A stretch of 64,000 nt of DNA, taken from the NCBI GenBank assembly GCA_016871295.1, contig VFZD01000001.1:19553-83552 (forward strand), in the 5' to 3' direction. Position 1 is the stretch's first letter; every line of letters begins with the position of its first letter. The stretch is from Actinomycetota bacterium (GTDB lineage: Bacteria; Actinomycetota; Acidimicrobiia; Acidimicrobiales; Ilumatobacteraceae). Below are positions 1 through 10,607 of this stretch, one piece after another. Both the position numbers and the translations under genes were made by a program. The notes below the pieces were generated by a model. It had not been told where the DNA came from and made no database searches. It saw nothing but the letters and a program-made list of their open reading frames with translations.

Positions 1-948
1 GAGAAACTGAAAGATCAATGGCCCGAGTTCATCGACCCTCTGCTCGAATACAGGGAGTTGGAAAAACTTCGATCGACCTATGGCGAGGGCCTGATCGCCG
101 CGGTCGAAAGCGATGGTCGGATCCATGCCACCTTCAACCAGACGGTGGCCCGCACCGGAAGATTGAGCAGCGATCAACCCAACCTGCACAACATTCCGAT
201 TCGAAGCGAGCAGGGCAAAGTGTTTCGCATCGCTTTTGTACCCGGTGATGACTGCGAGTTTCTGGTCGCCGACTACAACCAAATCGAATTGCGATGCATC
301 GCCCATTTGGCCAATGACCCGGGTTTGATCGAGGCGTTCAACAACAAGGTCGATGTGCACAACGCGACCGCGGCCAGCGTGTTCGGAGTCAAGGCGGCGA
401 ATGTGACCAGCGAACAACGAGCCAAAGCCAAGATGGTTTCATATGGTTTGGCATACGGAATGGAGGCGTACGGCTTGGCGCAACGACTCGCGATCGGCGT
501 CGCCGAGGCCAGCGAAATCCTCGATGCGTATTTCGCGGCGTTCCCGCGGGTGAAGAAATACATGGATGAAACCGTCGAGGAGGCGCGCAAGCGCGGTTAC
601 ACCGAAACTTTGTTCGGCCGACGTCGCGCGATACCCGAACTGCAGCACCCCAACTTTCGCATCAGGCAGGTTGGTGAACGTCAGGCCATGAACTCGGGAA
701 TCCAAGGCTTGGCGGCCGACATCTTCAAGGTCGCTTTGGTACGCCTCGACGCATCGCTCGAAGCAGAGGGTTTCAAATCGCGGTTGGTGTTGCAGGTGCA
801 CGACGAGGTGATCGTCGAAGGTCGAATCAATGAGAAGACCGAGATCGAGACGCTGGTTCGCGAGACGATGCTCGGGGCGGCAGAACTGGCGGTGCCGCTC
901 GAGGTGAACCTGGCCTGGGGTGACAGTTGGGCCTCGGCCAAGGCGTGA
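1..948 (+). CDS. polA: DNA polymerase I, C-terminal polymerase domain (5' end cut by window edge)
   Basis: Frame 1 is open from base 1. Translation EKLKDQWPEFIDPLLEYRELEKLRSTYGEGL...ADYNQIELRCIAHL...RRRAIPEL...LQVHDEVIVE carries family-A polymerase motifs A, B and C. Stop at 946-948. Confidence 0.95.
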   Translation, partial: EKLKDQWPEFIDPLLEYRELEKLRSTYGEGLIAAVESDGRIHATFNQTVARTGRLSSDQPNLHNIPIRSEQGKVFRIAFVPGDDCEFLVADYNQIELRCIAHLANDPGLIEAFNNKVDVHNATAASVFGVKAANVTSEQRAKAKMVSYGLAYGMEAYGLAQRLAIGVAEASEILDAYFAAFPRVKKYMDETVEEARKRGYTETLFGRRRAIPELQHPNFRIRQVGERQAMNSGIQGLAADIFKVALVRLDASLEAEGFKSRLVLQVHDEVIVEGRINEKTEIETLVRETMLGAAELAVPLEVNLAWGDSWASAKA

Positions 949-989
949 CTCTGGTCTATTGCGGGGGTTCGCACAGATAGGCTGAAGCG

Positions 990-1014
990 TCCTATCCACC
1001 TCTCCTATCCACCT
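990..1014 (+). repeat. Tandem 12-mer TCCTATCCACCT x2 (period 13) in the rpsA 5' leader
   Basis: Copies read directly at 990-1001 and 1003-1014, ending 8 nt before the rpsA ATG. Upstream GATAGG (976-981) is complementary to CCTATC of either copy. Confidence 0.6.
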
Positions 1015-1021
1015 GAAAGCA

Positions 1022-2332
1022 ATGAAAGTGTCAGCAACTCAATTGATGTCGTCACCCGAAATGGGCTCATTCGACGCCGAAGGCAACTACACCCCGCGAA
1101 AGGTCACCGAGCGAGACGTATCGTTCGCTGATTCGATCAACGACACGATCGTTGAGCTCAAAGAAGGCAAACTCGTCACCGGTACCGTCGCCAGAATCAC
1201 CCGCGACGAAGTTTTGGTTGAAATCGGCTACAAGACCGAGGGCGTGATCTTGAATCGTGAACTCTCGATCCGTCACGATGCCGATCCGAACACGATCGTC
1301 AAGGTCGGCGACAAGATCGAAACTCTCATTTTGACGCTCGAAGACAAAGAAGGTCGTCTTCTTCTTTCGAAGAAACGCGCCCAATACGAGCGTGCATGGG
1401 GGGACATCGAGGCGATCAAGAAGGCCGACGGCACCGTCGAGGGCGTGGTCATCGAGGCCGTCAAAGGCGGTTTGATCGTCGACATCGGTTTGCGCGGCTT
1501 TTTGCCGGCATCTCTGGTCGAACTTCGTCGCGTGCGCGACCTGGCCCCATATTTGGGTCAGCGAATCACGGCCAAGATTCTCGAACTCGATCGTCAACGC
1601 AACAATGTCGTGCTGTCGCGTCGCGCTTTGCTCGAGGAGACGCAAAAGGGTTCGCAGTCGGATTTCCTCGAGAATCTCGCGGTCGGAGAAGTTCGCAAGG
1701 GCCGAATTTCGAGCGTCGTCACGTTTGGCGCGTTCGTCGACCTCGGCGGCATGGACGGCTTGATCCATGTATCCGAACTCTCGTGGAAGCACGTCGAAGA
1801 CCCGAGCGCGGTCGTCAAAATTGGCGACGAAGTTTCGGTGAAGGTTCTCGAAATCGACCGTGAGCGCGATCGCATCAGTCTTTCGCTCAAGGCGACGCAG
1901 CAAGACCCGTGGCAGGAGTTCGCCCTGAGCCATCAGGTCGGCCAGCTCGTTTATGGCAGGGTTTCGAAATTGGTGCCGTTCGGCGGTTTCGTGCAGGTCG
2001 GTGACGGCATCGAAGGGCTCGTTCACATCTCCGAGATGTCGACCCACCATGTCGAAGCACCGGAGCAAGTGGTCACACCCGGCGAAGAACTCTGGGTGAA
2101 AATCATCGACCTCGATTTGGTTCGTCGTCGGATCAGCCTCTCGATCAAGCAGGCCGCCGAAGGCGGAGAGTTGGCCGAGGAATATCGCGGCCAGTTCCAG
2201 ACCGACGAGCAGGGCAACTGGGTCAGCGGCGACGACTTGACGCGCGAATCGGCGTGGGCGGAATATTTCGACCCGAACGAGGGCGATTCATCTGCGACGC
2301 CGAAGGTTGAGCAAGAGCCAACGGCAGGCTGA
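1022..2332 (+). CDS. rpsA: 30S ribosomal protein S1
   Basis: 436 aa with four S1/OB repeats (GTVARITRDEVLVEIGYKTEGVI, GVVIEAVKGGLIVDIGLRGFLPAS, GRISSVVTFGAFVDLGGMDGLIHVSEL, GRVSKLVPFGGFVQVGDGIEGLVHISEM). Sits in the actinobacterial polA-rpsA-coaE synteny. Confidence 0.95.
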   Translation: MKVSATQLMSSPEMGSFDAEGNYTPRKVTERDVSFADSINDTIVELKEGKLVTGTVARITRDEVLVEIGYKTEGVILNRELSIRHDADPNTIVKVGDKIETLILTLEDKEGRLLLSKKRAQYERAWGDIEAIKKADGTVEGVVIEAVKGGLIVDIGLRGFLPASLVELRRVRDLAPYLGQRITAKILELDRQRNNVVLSRRALLEETQKGSQSDFLENLAVGEVRKGRISSVVTFGAFVDLGGMDGLIHVSELSWKHVEDPSAVVKIGDEVSVKVLEIDRERDRISLSLKATQQDPWQEFALSHQVGQLVYGRVSKLVPFGGFVQVGDGIEGLVHISEMSTHHVEAPEQVVTPGEELWVKIIDLDLVRRRISLSIKQAAEGGELAEEYRGQFQTDEQGNWVSGDDLTRESAWAEYFDPNEGDSSATPKVEQEPTAG

Positions 2333-2364
2333 CGACATAGGCGCTCAGATACGGTGAGTATCTG

Positions 2365-2958
2365 ATGATTCTCATTGGTCTGACCGGCGGAATCGGCTCG
2401 GGCAAATCTGAAGTTTCTCGTTTGCTGGCCGCCCGCGGCGCCGAAATCGTCGACGCCGACGTCGTCGTGCGCGAATTGCAGCAGCCCGGCGGCGAAGTGT
2501 TCGCAAAAATGGTCGAGATGCTCGGCCGAGAAATTGTGAGTGCTGACGGCACCTTGAATCGCGCCGCCGTGGCGGCGAAGGTTTTCAGCGACAACGATCT
2601 TCTGCTCAAACTAAACGCCCTGATTCATCCGATCGTGCGCCGGGTGATGAACGATCGTGTCGAGAGCCTGAGGGCCACCGACAAAGTGGTGGTTCTGGAT
2701 ATTCCGCTGTTGGTCGAAAACCCGCGCGAGGGGCTCGACGGCGTGTTGGTTGTCGACCTTGACCCCGAGATCGCGATTCAGCGACTGATCGAGCAGCGCA
2801 CGATGAAGGTTGAAGACGCTCGTGCGCGCATCGAGAAGCAGGCGAGTCGCGAAAGTCGTCTGGCGATCGCCGATCGCGTGATCGACAACTCGGGCGACCG
2901 CGCCAGACTCGCCGAGCAGGTCGAGAGTGCATGGGCATGGATTCTGTCTCTGCGATGA
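2365..2958 (+). CDS. coaE: Dephospho-CoA kinase
   Basis: 197 aa. N-terminal P-loop [12 protein letters not shown], typical CoaE length, and position after rpsA. Confidence 0.9.
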   Translation: MILIGLTGGIGSGKSEVSRLLAARGAEIVDADVVVRELQQPGGEVFAKMVEMLGREIVSADGTLNRAAVAAKVFSDNDLLLKLNALIHPIVRRVMNDRVESLRATDKVVVLDIPLLVENPREGLDGVLVVDLDPEIAIQRLIEQRTMKVEDARARIEKQASRESRLAIADRVIDNSGDRARLAEQVESAWAWILSLR

Positions 2959-4979
2959 CCGAGCGCAAGTTCGTTGTCGAGTCGCCGTTCGAGCCCGCCG
3001 GCGACCAACCAAAGGCGATCGCCAAGTTGGCCGAAGGCGTCGAACGCGGCGATCGATTTCAAACTCTTCTCGGCATCACCGGCTCGGGCAAGTCGGCGAC
3101 CATCGCCTGGACGATCGAACAGGTCCAGCGGCCGACTTTGATCTTGGCGCCGAACAAGTCTTTGGCGGCGCAGTTGGCCCAAGAGATGCGCGAGTTCTTT
3201 CCCAACAATCGCGTCGAATATTTCGTGAGTTACTACGACTATTACCAGCCCGAGGCCTACATCGCCTCGAGCGACACATTCATTGAAAAAGATTCTTCGA
3301 TCAATGACGAGATCGATCGTCTGCGGCACTCGGCGACGGCGGCGCTGTTGACGCGGCGCGACACGATCGTGGTGGCATCGGTGAGTTGCATCTACGGCAT
3401 GGGAGACCCGGGCGAGTATCGGGGCAATCTGCTTGAACTGCACACGGGCGTCGATTACGACCAGCGAAGCATCTTGTCGCGATTGGTCGACCTGCAATAC
3501 GACCGCAACGACATGACGCTCGGGCGCGGCAATTTTCGGGTGCGGGGCGACACGATCGAGGTTCACCCCGCGTACGAAGAGTCGATAACACGCCTCGAGA
3601 TGTTCGGCGACACGGTCGAACGGATCAGCGTCGTCGACCCCGTGACGGGTGAAACCCTGCGCGATCTTTCTGAGGTCGTCATCTTTCCTGCGACGCACTA
3701 TGTGGCGGGCGAAGAGCGAATGCGCAGGGCGATCGAGAACATCGAATCAGAACTGGCCATACAACTCAAATTTTTTGAGGCGCAAAACAAACTTCTCGAG
3801 GCGCAGAGAATTCGCCAGCGCACGATGTTCGACATCGAAATGATGAAAGAGGTCGGTTACTGCAACGGAATCGAGAACTATTCGATGCACATCGACGGTC
3901 GTCAGCCCGGCGAACCGCCGTTCACCCTGCTCGACTATTTCCCGAAAGATTTCTTGCTCGTGATCGACGAGAGCCATGTCGCGGTGCCGCAATTGCACGG
4001 CCAATTCGCCGGCGACAGAAGTCGCAAACAGACTTTGGTCGAGTATGGCTTTCGATTGCCGTCGGCGATGGACAATCGTCCGTTGCGATTCGAAGAGACG
4101 ATGGAGCGAGTGAACCAATGCATTTTTCTCTCGGCCACGCCCGCCAAGTTCGAACTCGAACTCAGTGACCAAGTCGTGGAACAGATCGTCAGGCCGACGG
4201 GCTTGATCGACCCCGAGGTGATCGTTCGACCGACCAAGGGCCAGATCGACGATCTGATTCAGACGATCAAGACCAAAACCGCCCAGGGTGATCGAACCCT
4301 GGTCACGACATTGACGAAAAAGATGTCCGAAGACCTCAGCGAGTATCTGATCGAACAGGGCTTGCGAGTTCGGTATTTGCACTCGAACATCGACACGATC
4401 GAGCGAATCGAAATTCTGCGGGCGTTGCGACTCGGTGAATTCGACGTTCTGGTCGGCATCAACCTGCTGCGCGAGGGCCTGGATCTCCCCGAGGTGTCGC
4501 TCGTGGCGATTTTGGACGCCGACAAGCAGGGCTTTTTGCGCAGCCAAACTTCGTTGATCCAAATGATCGGGCGGGCGGCGCGCAACGTCGACGGGCAGGT
4601 GATCATGTACGCCGACAACCGCACGGCGGCGATGAACGAGGCGATCGCCGAAACGACCCGACGCCGGAGACTGCAGATCGAGTACAACGCTAGGCACAAC
4701 ATCAATCCACAAACCGTGCGCAAGGCGATTGGCGACATACTTTCGGTGCTTCGCCCGAACAGCACGGCCCCGATGCCGGGCAAGGGAAAGCGAAAAGACC
4801 ACGAACGCGACAGGGTTGTGCGCGAGTTGCGCGCCTTGCCCGAGGGCGAATTGGCGAGGCTGATATTCACCCTTGAAGAAGAAATGAACCAGGCCGCCGA
4901 AGAATTGCGATTCGAGTATGCCGCACGTCTCAGGGATGAAATCAAGGAACTCAAGCGCGAGCTACGGGACGCCCAGTAA
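2955..4979 (+). CDS. uvrB: Excinuclease ABC subunit B
   Basis: The ORF opens at 2931, but ATG 2955 gives an ATGA overlap with the coaE stop. Motifs: [23 protein letters not shown], beta-hairpin region [10 protein letters not shown], and a C-terminal UVR domain ([15 protein letters not shown]). Confidence 0.95.
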   Translation: MTERKFVVESPFEPAGDQPKAIAKLAEGVERGDRFQTLLGITGSGKSATIAWTIEQVQRPTLILAPNKSLAAQLAQEMREFFPNNRVEYFVSYYDYYQPEAYIASSDTFIEKDSSINDEIDRLRHSATAALLTRRDTIVVASVSCIYGMGDPGEYRGNLLELHTGVDYDQRSILSRLVDLQYDRNDMTLGRGNFRVRGDTIEVHPAYEESITRLEMFGDTVERISVVDPVTGETLRDLSEVVIFPATHYVAGEERMRRAIENIESELAIQLKFFEAQNKLLEAQRIRQRTMFDIEMMKEVGYCNGIENYSMHIDGRQPGEPPFTLLDYFPKDFLLVIDESHVAVPQLHGQFAGDRSRKQTLVEYGFRLPSAMDNRPLRFEETMERVNQCIFLSATPAKFELELSDQVVEQIVRPTGLIDPEVIVRPTKGQIDDLIQTIKTKTAQGDRTLVTTLTKKMSEDLSEYLIEQGLRVRYLHSNIDTIERIEILRALRLGEFDVLVGINLLREGLDLPEVSLVAILDADKQGFLRSQTSLIQMIGRAARNVDGQVIMYADNRTAAMNEAIAETTRRRRLQIEYNARHNINPQTVRKAIGDILSVLRPNSTAPMPGKGKRKDHERDRVVRELRALPEGELARLIFTLEEEMNQAAEELRFEYAARLRDEIKELKRELRDAQ

Positions 4980-4996
4980 CACTTTGTAGCCTGCCT

Positions 4997-7828
4997 GTGA
5001 TGGCAAATCAGATCGTCGTTCGTGGTGCCCGTGAGCACAACCTGAAAAACATCAGCGTCGAGTTGCCGCGTGACCAGTTGATCGTGCTCACCGGTCTGTC
5101 GGGCTCGGGCAAATCGAGCCTGGCTTTCGACACGATCTACGCCGAGGGGCAAAGACGCTATGTCGAGTCGCTCAGCGCGTATGCCCGTCAGTTTCTCGGT
5201 CAGATGGACAAACCCGATGTGGATCTGATCGACGGTCTTTCGCCGGCGATTTCGATCGACCAGAAATCGTCTTCGCGCAACCCACGGTCGACCGTCGGCA
5301 CGATCACCGAGGTTTACGACTATCTGCGACTCCTGTACGCCCGAATCGGGGTTCAACATTGCGCGAACGACATGACGAAATTGTCGCGCCAAAGCCCGCA
5401 ACAAATCGTGGATCGAATCCTCAAATTCGACGAGGGCACCCGCTTCCAAATCTTGGCGCCAGTCGTTCGGGGACGAAAGGGCGAATACGACAACTTGCTT
5501 CAAGAACTCGCTGGCCAGGGTTTTTCGCGTGCGCGCGTGGACGGCGAAGTTGTCGAGATCAACGAGTTTCTGAAGAAGCCAACGCGCCTGGCGAAATACG
5601 AGCAACACCAGATCGACATCGTCGTCGATCGTCTGGTTTGTCGGGACGGAATCACCAGACGACTGACCGACTCGCTCGAAACGGCCCTCAAACTCGCCAA
5701 CGGTGTGGCCGAGGTGGAGATCGTCGACGGCGGCGAGCCGATCACTTTCAGTCAGCATTTGGCCTGCCCGAAATGCGGCACGAGTTACGAGGATCTCGCG
5801 CCAAGAAATTTTTCGTTCAACTCGCCCTATGGCGCCTGCGAAACATGTCTGGGTCTCGGCACCAAATATGAAGTGGACGTCGATCTGGTCGTGCCGGATC
5901 CCAACTTGAGCATCAACGAGGGGGCGATCGCCCCGTGGCGCTCGGCGCACACCCAATACTTCACGCGAATGCTCGACGCGGTCGCCGATCGATTCGATAT
6001 CGACCTCGAAAAAAAGTGGTCGAAACTCTCGGCAAAGGCGCAGAAAATCGTGATGAACGGCGTCGATGACAACATGATCGTCAAGTATCGGAATCGTTAT
6101 GGGCGTGTTCGCGAGTACAGCACGTCATACGAAGGCGTAATTCCATGGATCAAGCGCCGACACGAGGGCGCGGAGAGCGACTCGTCGCGCGAGCAATTCG
6201 AGAGTTACATGCGCGAAGTGCCTTGTCCGTCGTGCGATGGTGCACGACTCAAGCCCTCGTCTTTGGCCGTGCTGGTCGAGGGCAAGAATATTTCCGAGGT
6301 TTGTGCGATGTCGATCGGTGAATCGGCGAAGTTTCTCGCCGCACTGAAACTCTCCGATCGCGACATGATGATCGCTGAGAGAGTCACCAAAGAGATCAAC
6401 GCGCGATTGGGCTTTTTGTTGGATGTGGGCCTCGATTACCTCACGCTGTCGCGGGCCGCGGGCACGTTGGCGGGTGGTGAAGCCCAAAGAATTCGACTGG
6501 CCAGCCAGATCGGTTCGGGTCTGGTGGGCACCCTCTATGTGCTCGATGAGCCGAGCATCGGTTTGCATCAGCGCGACAATCATCGTCTGATCGAAACCTT
6601 GCAACGCTTGCGCGATCTCGGCAACACGGTCATCGTCGTCGAGCACGACGAAGACACGATCAAGGCCAGTGACTGGATGATCGATATCGGGCCGGGCGCA
6701 GGCGAACACGGCGGGCAGGTCGTCTACAGCGGGCCGGTCAAAGGTGTGTTCAAGGTCAAAGATTCAATCACGGGGCAATATCTGTCGGGGCAACGCACGA
6801 TCGAAACCCCGTCGATGCGGCGCAAGCCGGGCAAGGAGTTTCTCACGATACGAGGCGCGCGCGAGCACAATCTCAAGAATTTGAACGTCAAGATTCCGCT
6901 GGGTTGTTTCGTCGCCATCACGGGGGTCTCGGGAAGCGGCAAGAGCACGTTGGTTCGCGACATTTTGTTTCCGTCGTTGATGCAGAAGATCTACAAGTCG
7001 AAAGAGGCGCCGGGTCGTCACACCGGTGTCGACGGCGTCGTGCACCTCGACAAGGTCATCGACATGGACCAATCGCCGATCGGTCGAACGCCGCGATCGA
7101 ACCCCGCAACCTATACGGGGGTGTTCGATGACATCCGAAAGTTATTCGCATCCACGCCCGAGGCGAAGATTCGCGGATATCAACCCGGTCGATTCAGTTT
7201 CAACGTTCCCGGTGGAAGGTGCGAAGCCTGCTCGGGTGACGGCACCCTAAAAATCGAGATGCACTTTCTGCCCGACGTATATGTGCCCTGTGAAGTCTGC
7301 AAGGGCGCCCGATACAACCGCGACACCCTCGACATCACTTTCAAGGGCAAGAACGTCGCCGAGATCCTCGACATGCCGATCAGTGACGCCGTCGATTTCT
7401 TCGCCAACCAGCCGCGCATCGCCCGCCACATGCAAACATTCGTCGACGTGGGTCTGGGCTATGTCAGGCTCGGGCAATCTGCGCCGACCTTGTCGGGCGG
7501 CGAGGCGCAACGGGTGAAACTCGCCAGCGAGCTTTCGAAGCGAAGCACCGGTCGAACGATCTATCTGCTCGACGAACCGACCACGGGTCTGCACTTCGAA
7601 GACGTGCGCCGGCTATTGGTCGTGCTTTCGCGACTCGTGGAGGGCGGCAACACCGTGTTGGTGATCGAACACAATCTCGACGTGATCAAGACCGCCGATT
7701 GGGTCATCGATCTGGGCCCAGAGGGTGGCAACGGAGGCGGAACGATCGTCGCCGAAGGTTCGCCCGAGGCGGTGGCGAAAATCTCGGGCTCGCACACGGG
7801 GAAATACCTCGCGAAAATTTTGGACTAG
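4997..7828 (+). CDS. uvrA: Excinuclease ABC subunit A
   Basis: 943 aa. Starts [11 protein letters not shown], with two ABC ATPase modules ([25 protein letters not shown]; LSGGEAQR twice) and Zn-finger cysteines (CPKCG, CETC, CEAC, CEVC). GTG at 4997; ATG at 5000 is an alternative start. Confidence 0.97.
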   Translation: MMANQIVVRGAREHNLKNISVELPRDQLIVLTGLSGSGKSSLAFDTIYAEGQRRYVESLSAYARQFLGQMDKPDVDLIDGLSPAISIDQKSSSRNPRSTVGTITEVYDYLRLLYARIGVQHCANDMTKLSRQSPQQIVDRILKFDEGTRFQILAPVVRGRKGEYDNLLQELAGQGFSRARVDGEVVEINEFLKKPTRLAKYEQHQIDIVVDRLVCRDGITRRLTDSLETALKLANGVAEVEIVDGGEPITFSQHLACPKCGTSYEDLAPRNFSFNSPYGACETCLGLGTKYEVDVDLVVPDPNLSINEGAIAPWRSAHTQYFTRMLDAVADRFDIDLEKKWSKLSAKAQKIVMNGVDDNMIVKYRNRYGRVREYSTSYEGVIPWIKRRHEGAESDSSREQFESYMREVPCPSCDGARLKPSSLAVLVEGKNISEVCAMSIGESAKFLAALKLSDRDMMIAERVTKEINARLGFLLDVGLDYLTLSRAAGTLAGGEAQRIRLASQIGSGLVGTLYVLDEPSIGLHQRDNHRLIETLQRLRDLGNTVIVVEHDEDTIKASDWMIDIGPGAGEHGGQVVYSGPVKGVFKVKDSITGQYLSGQRTIETPSMRRKPGKEFLTIRGAREHNLKNLNVKIPLGCFVAITGVSGSGKSTLVRDILFPSLMQKIYKSKEAPGRHTGVDGVVHLDKVIDMDQSPIGRTPRSNPATYTGVFDDIRKLFASTPEAKIRGYQPGRFSFNVPGGRCEACSGDGTLKIEMHFLPDVYVPCEVCKGARYNRDTLDITFKGKNVAEILDMPISDAVDFFANQPRIARHMQTFVDVGLGYVRLGQSAPTLSGGEAQRVKLASELSKRSTGRTIYLLDEPTTGLHFEDVRRLLVVLSRLVEGGNTVLVIEHNLDVIKTADWVIDLGPEGGNGGGTIVAEGSPEAVAKISGSHTGKYLAKILD

Positions 7829-7833
7829 GCGAG

Positions 7834-9714
7834 ATGATGCAACGCCCAACGGGATCGATACCTGAGGCGCCCGGCAGTTATCAATTCAAAGACGGCGCAG
7901 GTCGGGTGATCTATGTCGGCAAGGCCAACAATCTTCGGGCTCGAATCGGAAGTTATTTCGTGAACCCCGAAACGCTGCATCCGCGCACTGCGAACATGGT
8001 CGACGCCGCAGCGACGGTCGAATGGATCGAGGTTCGCAACGAGGTCGAGGCCCTGATTCTCGAGCACAGCTTGATCAACCGATATTCGCCGCGGTTCAAT
8101 ATTCGCCTGCGTGACGACAAGAGTTATCCGTTTTTGGCGGTGACCGTAGACGAGCCGTGGCCACGAGCGATGGTGATGCGAGGTCGAAAACGAAAGGGCA
8201 CTCGGTATTTCGGGCCGTATCCGCACCCTTGGGCGATTCACGAGACGCTCGACTTGTTGCTCAAGTCGTTCCCGATCAGGACATGTTCGTCGTCGACGTT
8301 CAAACAACACGAGCGTCTGGGGCGGCCATGTCTGTTGTTTCACATCGAAAAATGTTCGGGGCCATGCGTCAAGAGCGTCGAGGCTGATCGCTATGCCGAG
8401 TTGGTCGAAGATTTCTTGAAAGTCATGGATGGCGAGAGCGAAACCGTGCTGCAACGCCTCGAACAACAAATGTCGGAAAGTGCGCAGAGCCACGAGTTCG
8501 AGCGGGCGGCAAAGTTTCGTGACCAACTCGAGGCGATCAAACTCGCCCTCGAACGCCAGCAGATGGTGGGCGAAAGAGATGAAGACATCGATGTCATCGG
8601 CATCGCCGAGGACGAGTTCGAAGCGGCGGTACAAGTGTTCTTCGTGCGCAAGGGTCGGGTCGTGGGTCGAAGGGGTTTCATCGTCGACAAAGTCGAAGAG
8701 GTCACGCCGAGTCGTTTGGCGGGTCTCGTCGTCGAGCGCCTCTATGATGTGGCCCCGATTCTTGGCGTACCAAAACTGGTCGTGGTGCCGACCGAGCCCG
8801 AGCGCTTCGAGACACTGGAAGAGTGGCTCTCTCAGGAGCGGGCGAACAAAGTCGAAATTCGGGTGCCGCAACGGGGCGACAAGCGAGAACTGCACGAACT
8901 GGTGATGCAAAATGCGAAGCATGAGTTGAACCGACATCGACTTCGTCGCGCGTCAGACCACACCGCACGAACCCGTGCGTTGAACGAACTGCAAGATTTG
9001 CTCGGTCTGCCCGAGGTGCCGCTGAGAATCGAGTGCTACGACATGGCGCACCTGCAGGGCGCCGATTATGTCGGGTCGATGGTCGTATTGGAAGATGGTC
9101 TGCCGCTGAAGCGCGACTACCGAAAATTCAAAATCAAGAGCGGTCAAGGCAACGACGACTATGCGGCGATGCGCGAAGTGCTGAGCCGACGACTTGGCGC
9201 CTACGTCAAAGAGCGCGACCTGCCGATCAACGAACGCGGTGCTCGACCGGGCAAGTTTTCGTATGCCCCGCAACTATTGCTTGTCGATGGCGGCAAGGGG
9301 CAACTCGGTGTCGCCGAAGATGTGGTGCGCGAACTAGGTCTTGAACACGAAATTCCGGTGGCGTCGTTGGCCAAAAAACTCGAGCAGGTCTTCGTGCCGG
9401 GCAACAGCGATCCCGTAGATATTCCGCGCGGTAGCGACGCGTTGTTCATGCTTCAGGTGATTCGCGACGAGGCGCACCGGTTCGCCAACAAATTTCACCG
9501 CGAGTTGCGCGGCAAGAGAATGGTCAAGAGCGAACTCGAGGGAATCAAGGGTCTGGGTGACGCACGGGCGAAAAAACTCATCGCCGAGTTGGGTGGTGTC
9601 GGTCGAGTCAAATCGGCGACACGAGCCGACCTGAGCCGACTCAGTTGGTTGCCCGATTCGGTCGCCGAGAGGGTGTACGTGCGTTTTCATGCGGATGCGC
9701 AAGACGAGGCATAG
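7834..9714 (+). CDS. uvrC: Excinuclease ABC subunit C
   Basis: The ORF opens at 7699 inside uvrA. ATG 7834 lies 5 nt after the uvrA stop. Has a GIY-YIG N-terminus (PGSYQFKDGAGRVIYVGKANNLRARIGSYF), a UVR motif (EFERAAKFRDQLEAI) and a C-terminal HhH. Confidence 0.95.
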   Translation: MMQRPTGSIPEAPGSYQFKDGAGRVIYVGKANNLRARIGSYFVNPETLHPRTANMVDAAATVEWIEVRNEVEALILEHSLINRYSPRFNIRLRDDKSYPFLAVTVDEPWPRAMVMRGRKRKGTRYFGPYPHPWAIHETLDLLLKSFPIRTCSSSTFKQHERLGRPCLLFHIEKCSGPCVKSVEADRYAELVEDFLKVMDGESETVLQRLEQQMSESAQSHEFERAAKFRDQLEAIKLALERQQMVGERDEDIDVIGIAEDEFEAAVQVFFVRKGRVVGRRGFIVDKVEEVTPSRLAGLVVERLYDVAPILGVPKLVVVPTEPERFETLEEWLSQERANKVEIRVPQRGDKRELHELVMQNAKHELNRHRLRRASDHTARTRALNELQDLLGLPEVPLRIECYDMAHLQGADYVGSMVVLEDGLPLKRDYRKFKIKSGQGNDDYAAMREVLSRRLGAYVKERDLPINERGARPGKFSYAPQLLLVDGGKGQLGVAEDVVRELGLEHEIPVASLAKKLEQVFVPGNSDPVDIPRGSDALFMLQVIRDEAHRFANKFHRELRGKRMVKSELEGIKGLGDARAKKLIAELGGVGRVKSATRADLSRLSWLPDSVAERVYVRFHADAQDEA

Positions 9715-9729
9715 GTAGCCTAAATAGCA

Positions 9730-10581
9730 GTGGCTGACATACTTCTGATCACGGGTCTTTCCGGAGCAGGGCGATCGCAAGCGGCTGACGACCTTGAAGA
9801 TCTGGGATGGTTCGTAGTCGACAACATGCCGACCGAACTCATCGACAAAGTCGTCGAAATCGCCGCCGTGGGCGAGACGTTGGCAAAACTCGCCCTGGTT
9901 GTCGGCTCGACGACGGCCCAGCGAGACGTCGTCGATGTGCTGAAGAGATTGCGCAATTCGGGGCACCGGGTTCGCATGTTGTTCCTCGATGCCACAGTCG
10001 CCGAATTGGTCAAACGATATGGCGCGACGCGACGCAAGCATCCGCTCGCCGAAGGCAACTCGGGCATCGAGCAGGCCGTCTCAACGGAGCGTTCGCTGCT
10101 TGAATCGGTCAAGGCCGAAGCCGATCTGGTGATCGATACGACCAATCTCACGATTCATCAACTCAAGAACCAACTCACCGAGATGTTTTCGGAAACTGGC
10201 GCCGATGATTCGATGCAAGTTTCGGTGGTTTCATTCGGCTACAAACACGGAATTCCGTTGGATGTCGATCTGGTGTTCGATGTCCGATTTTTGCCGAACC
10301 CGCACTGGGACGAAAACCTTCGTCAGTTGTCGGGTCTCGACGCCGCCGTGCGCGATTTCGTGTTGAGCAATGAATTGACCACGAAGTTTCTGGCCCACCT
10401 CGAGTCGTTGTTGCAGTTCTTGTTGCCCGCGTACAAGGCGGAGGGCAAGAGCTATTTGACGTTGGCCATCGGTTGCACCGGTGGAAGACATCGCTCGGTG
10501 GTGATCGCCGAGCAGATCAACAATTGGTTGTCTGAAAATTCGCACAAACCGCGCGTGACGCATCGCGATATTTCTAGATAA
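9730..10581 (+). CDS. rapZ: RNase adapter / nucleotide-binding protein RapZ (YvcJ family)
   Basis: 283 aa with a GTG start. Motifs: ITGLSGAGRSQAADDLEDLGWFVVDNMP, the C-terminal FGYKHGIPLDVDLVFDVRFLPNPHW, and IGCTGGRHRSV. Sits in the uvrC-rapZ synteny. Confidence 0.9.
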   Translation: MADILLITGLSGAGRSQAADDLEDLGWFVVDNMPTELIDKVVEIAAVGETLAKLALVVGSTTAQRDVVDVLKRLRNSGHRVRMLFLDATVAELVKRYGATRRKHPLAEGNSGIEQAVSTERSLLESVKAEADLVIDTTNLTIHQLKNQLTEMFSETGADDSMQVSVVSFGYKHGIPLDVDLVFDVRFLPNPHWDENLRQLSGLDAAVRDFVLSNELTTKFLAHLESLLQFLLPAYKAEGKSYLTLAIGCTGGRHRSVVIAEQINNWLSENSHKPRVTHRDISR

Positions 10582-10607
10582 TCGTCAAAGCCGACTAAGG
10601 TTTTGGC

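Noticed and set aside
7699-7833. N-terminal extensions of ORF-track entries that overlap the preceding gene. These are at 7699, 20709, 29518 (minus strand), 39932 (minus), 50975 (minus), 53019, 54034, 54804, 58247 (minus), 62348, 43770 and 45550.
   Set aside because: The extensions are Arg-rich or otherwise non-protein-like and lie inside the upstream gene. In each case a start codon at or just after the upstream stop gives a canonical N-terminus for the family. I trimmed the coordinates accordingly.
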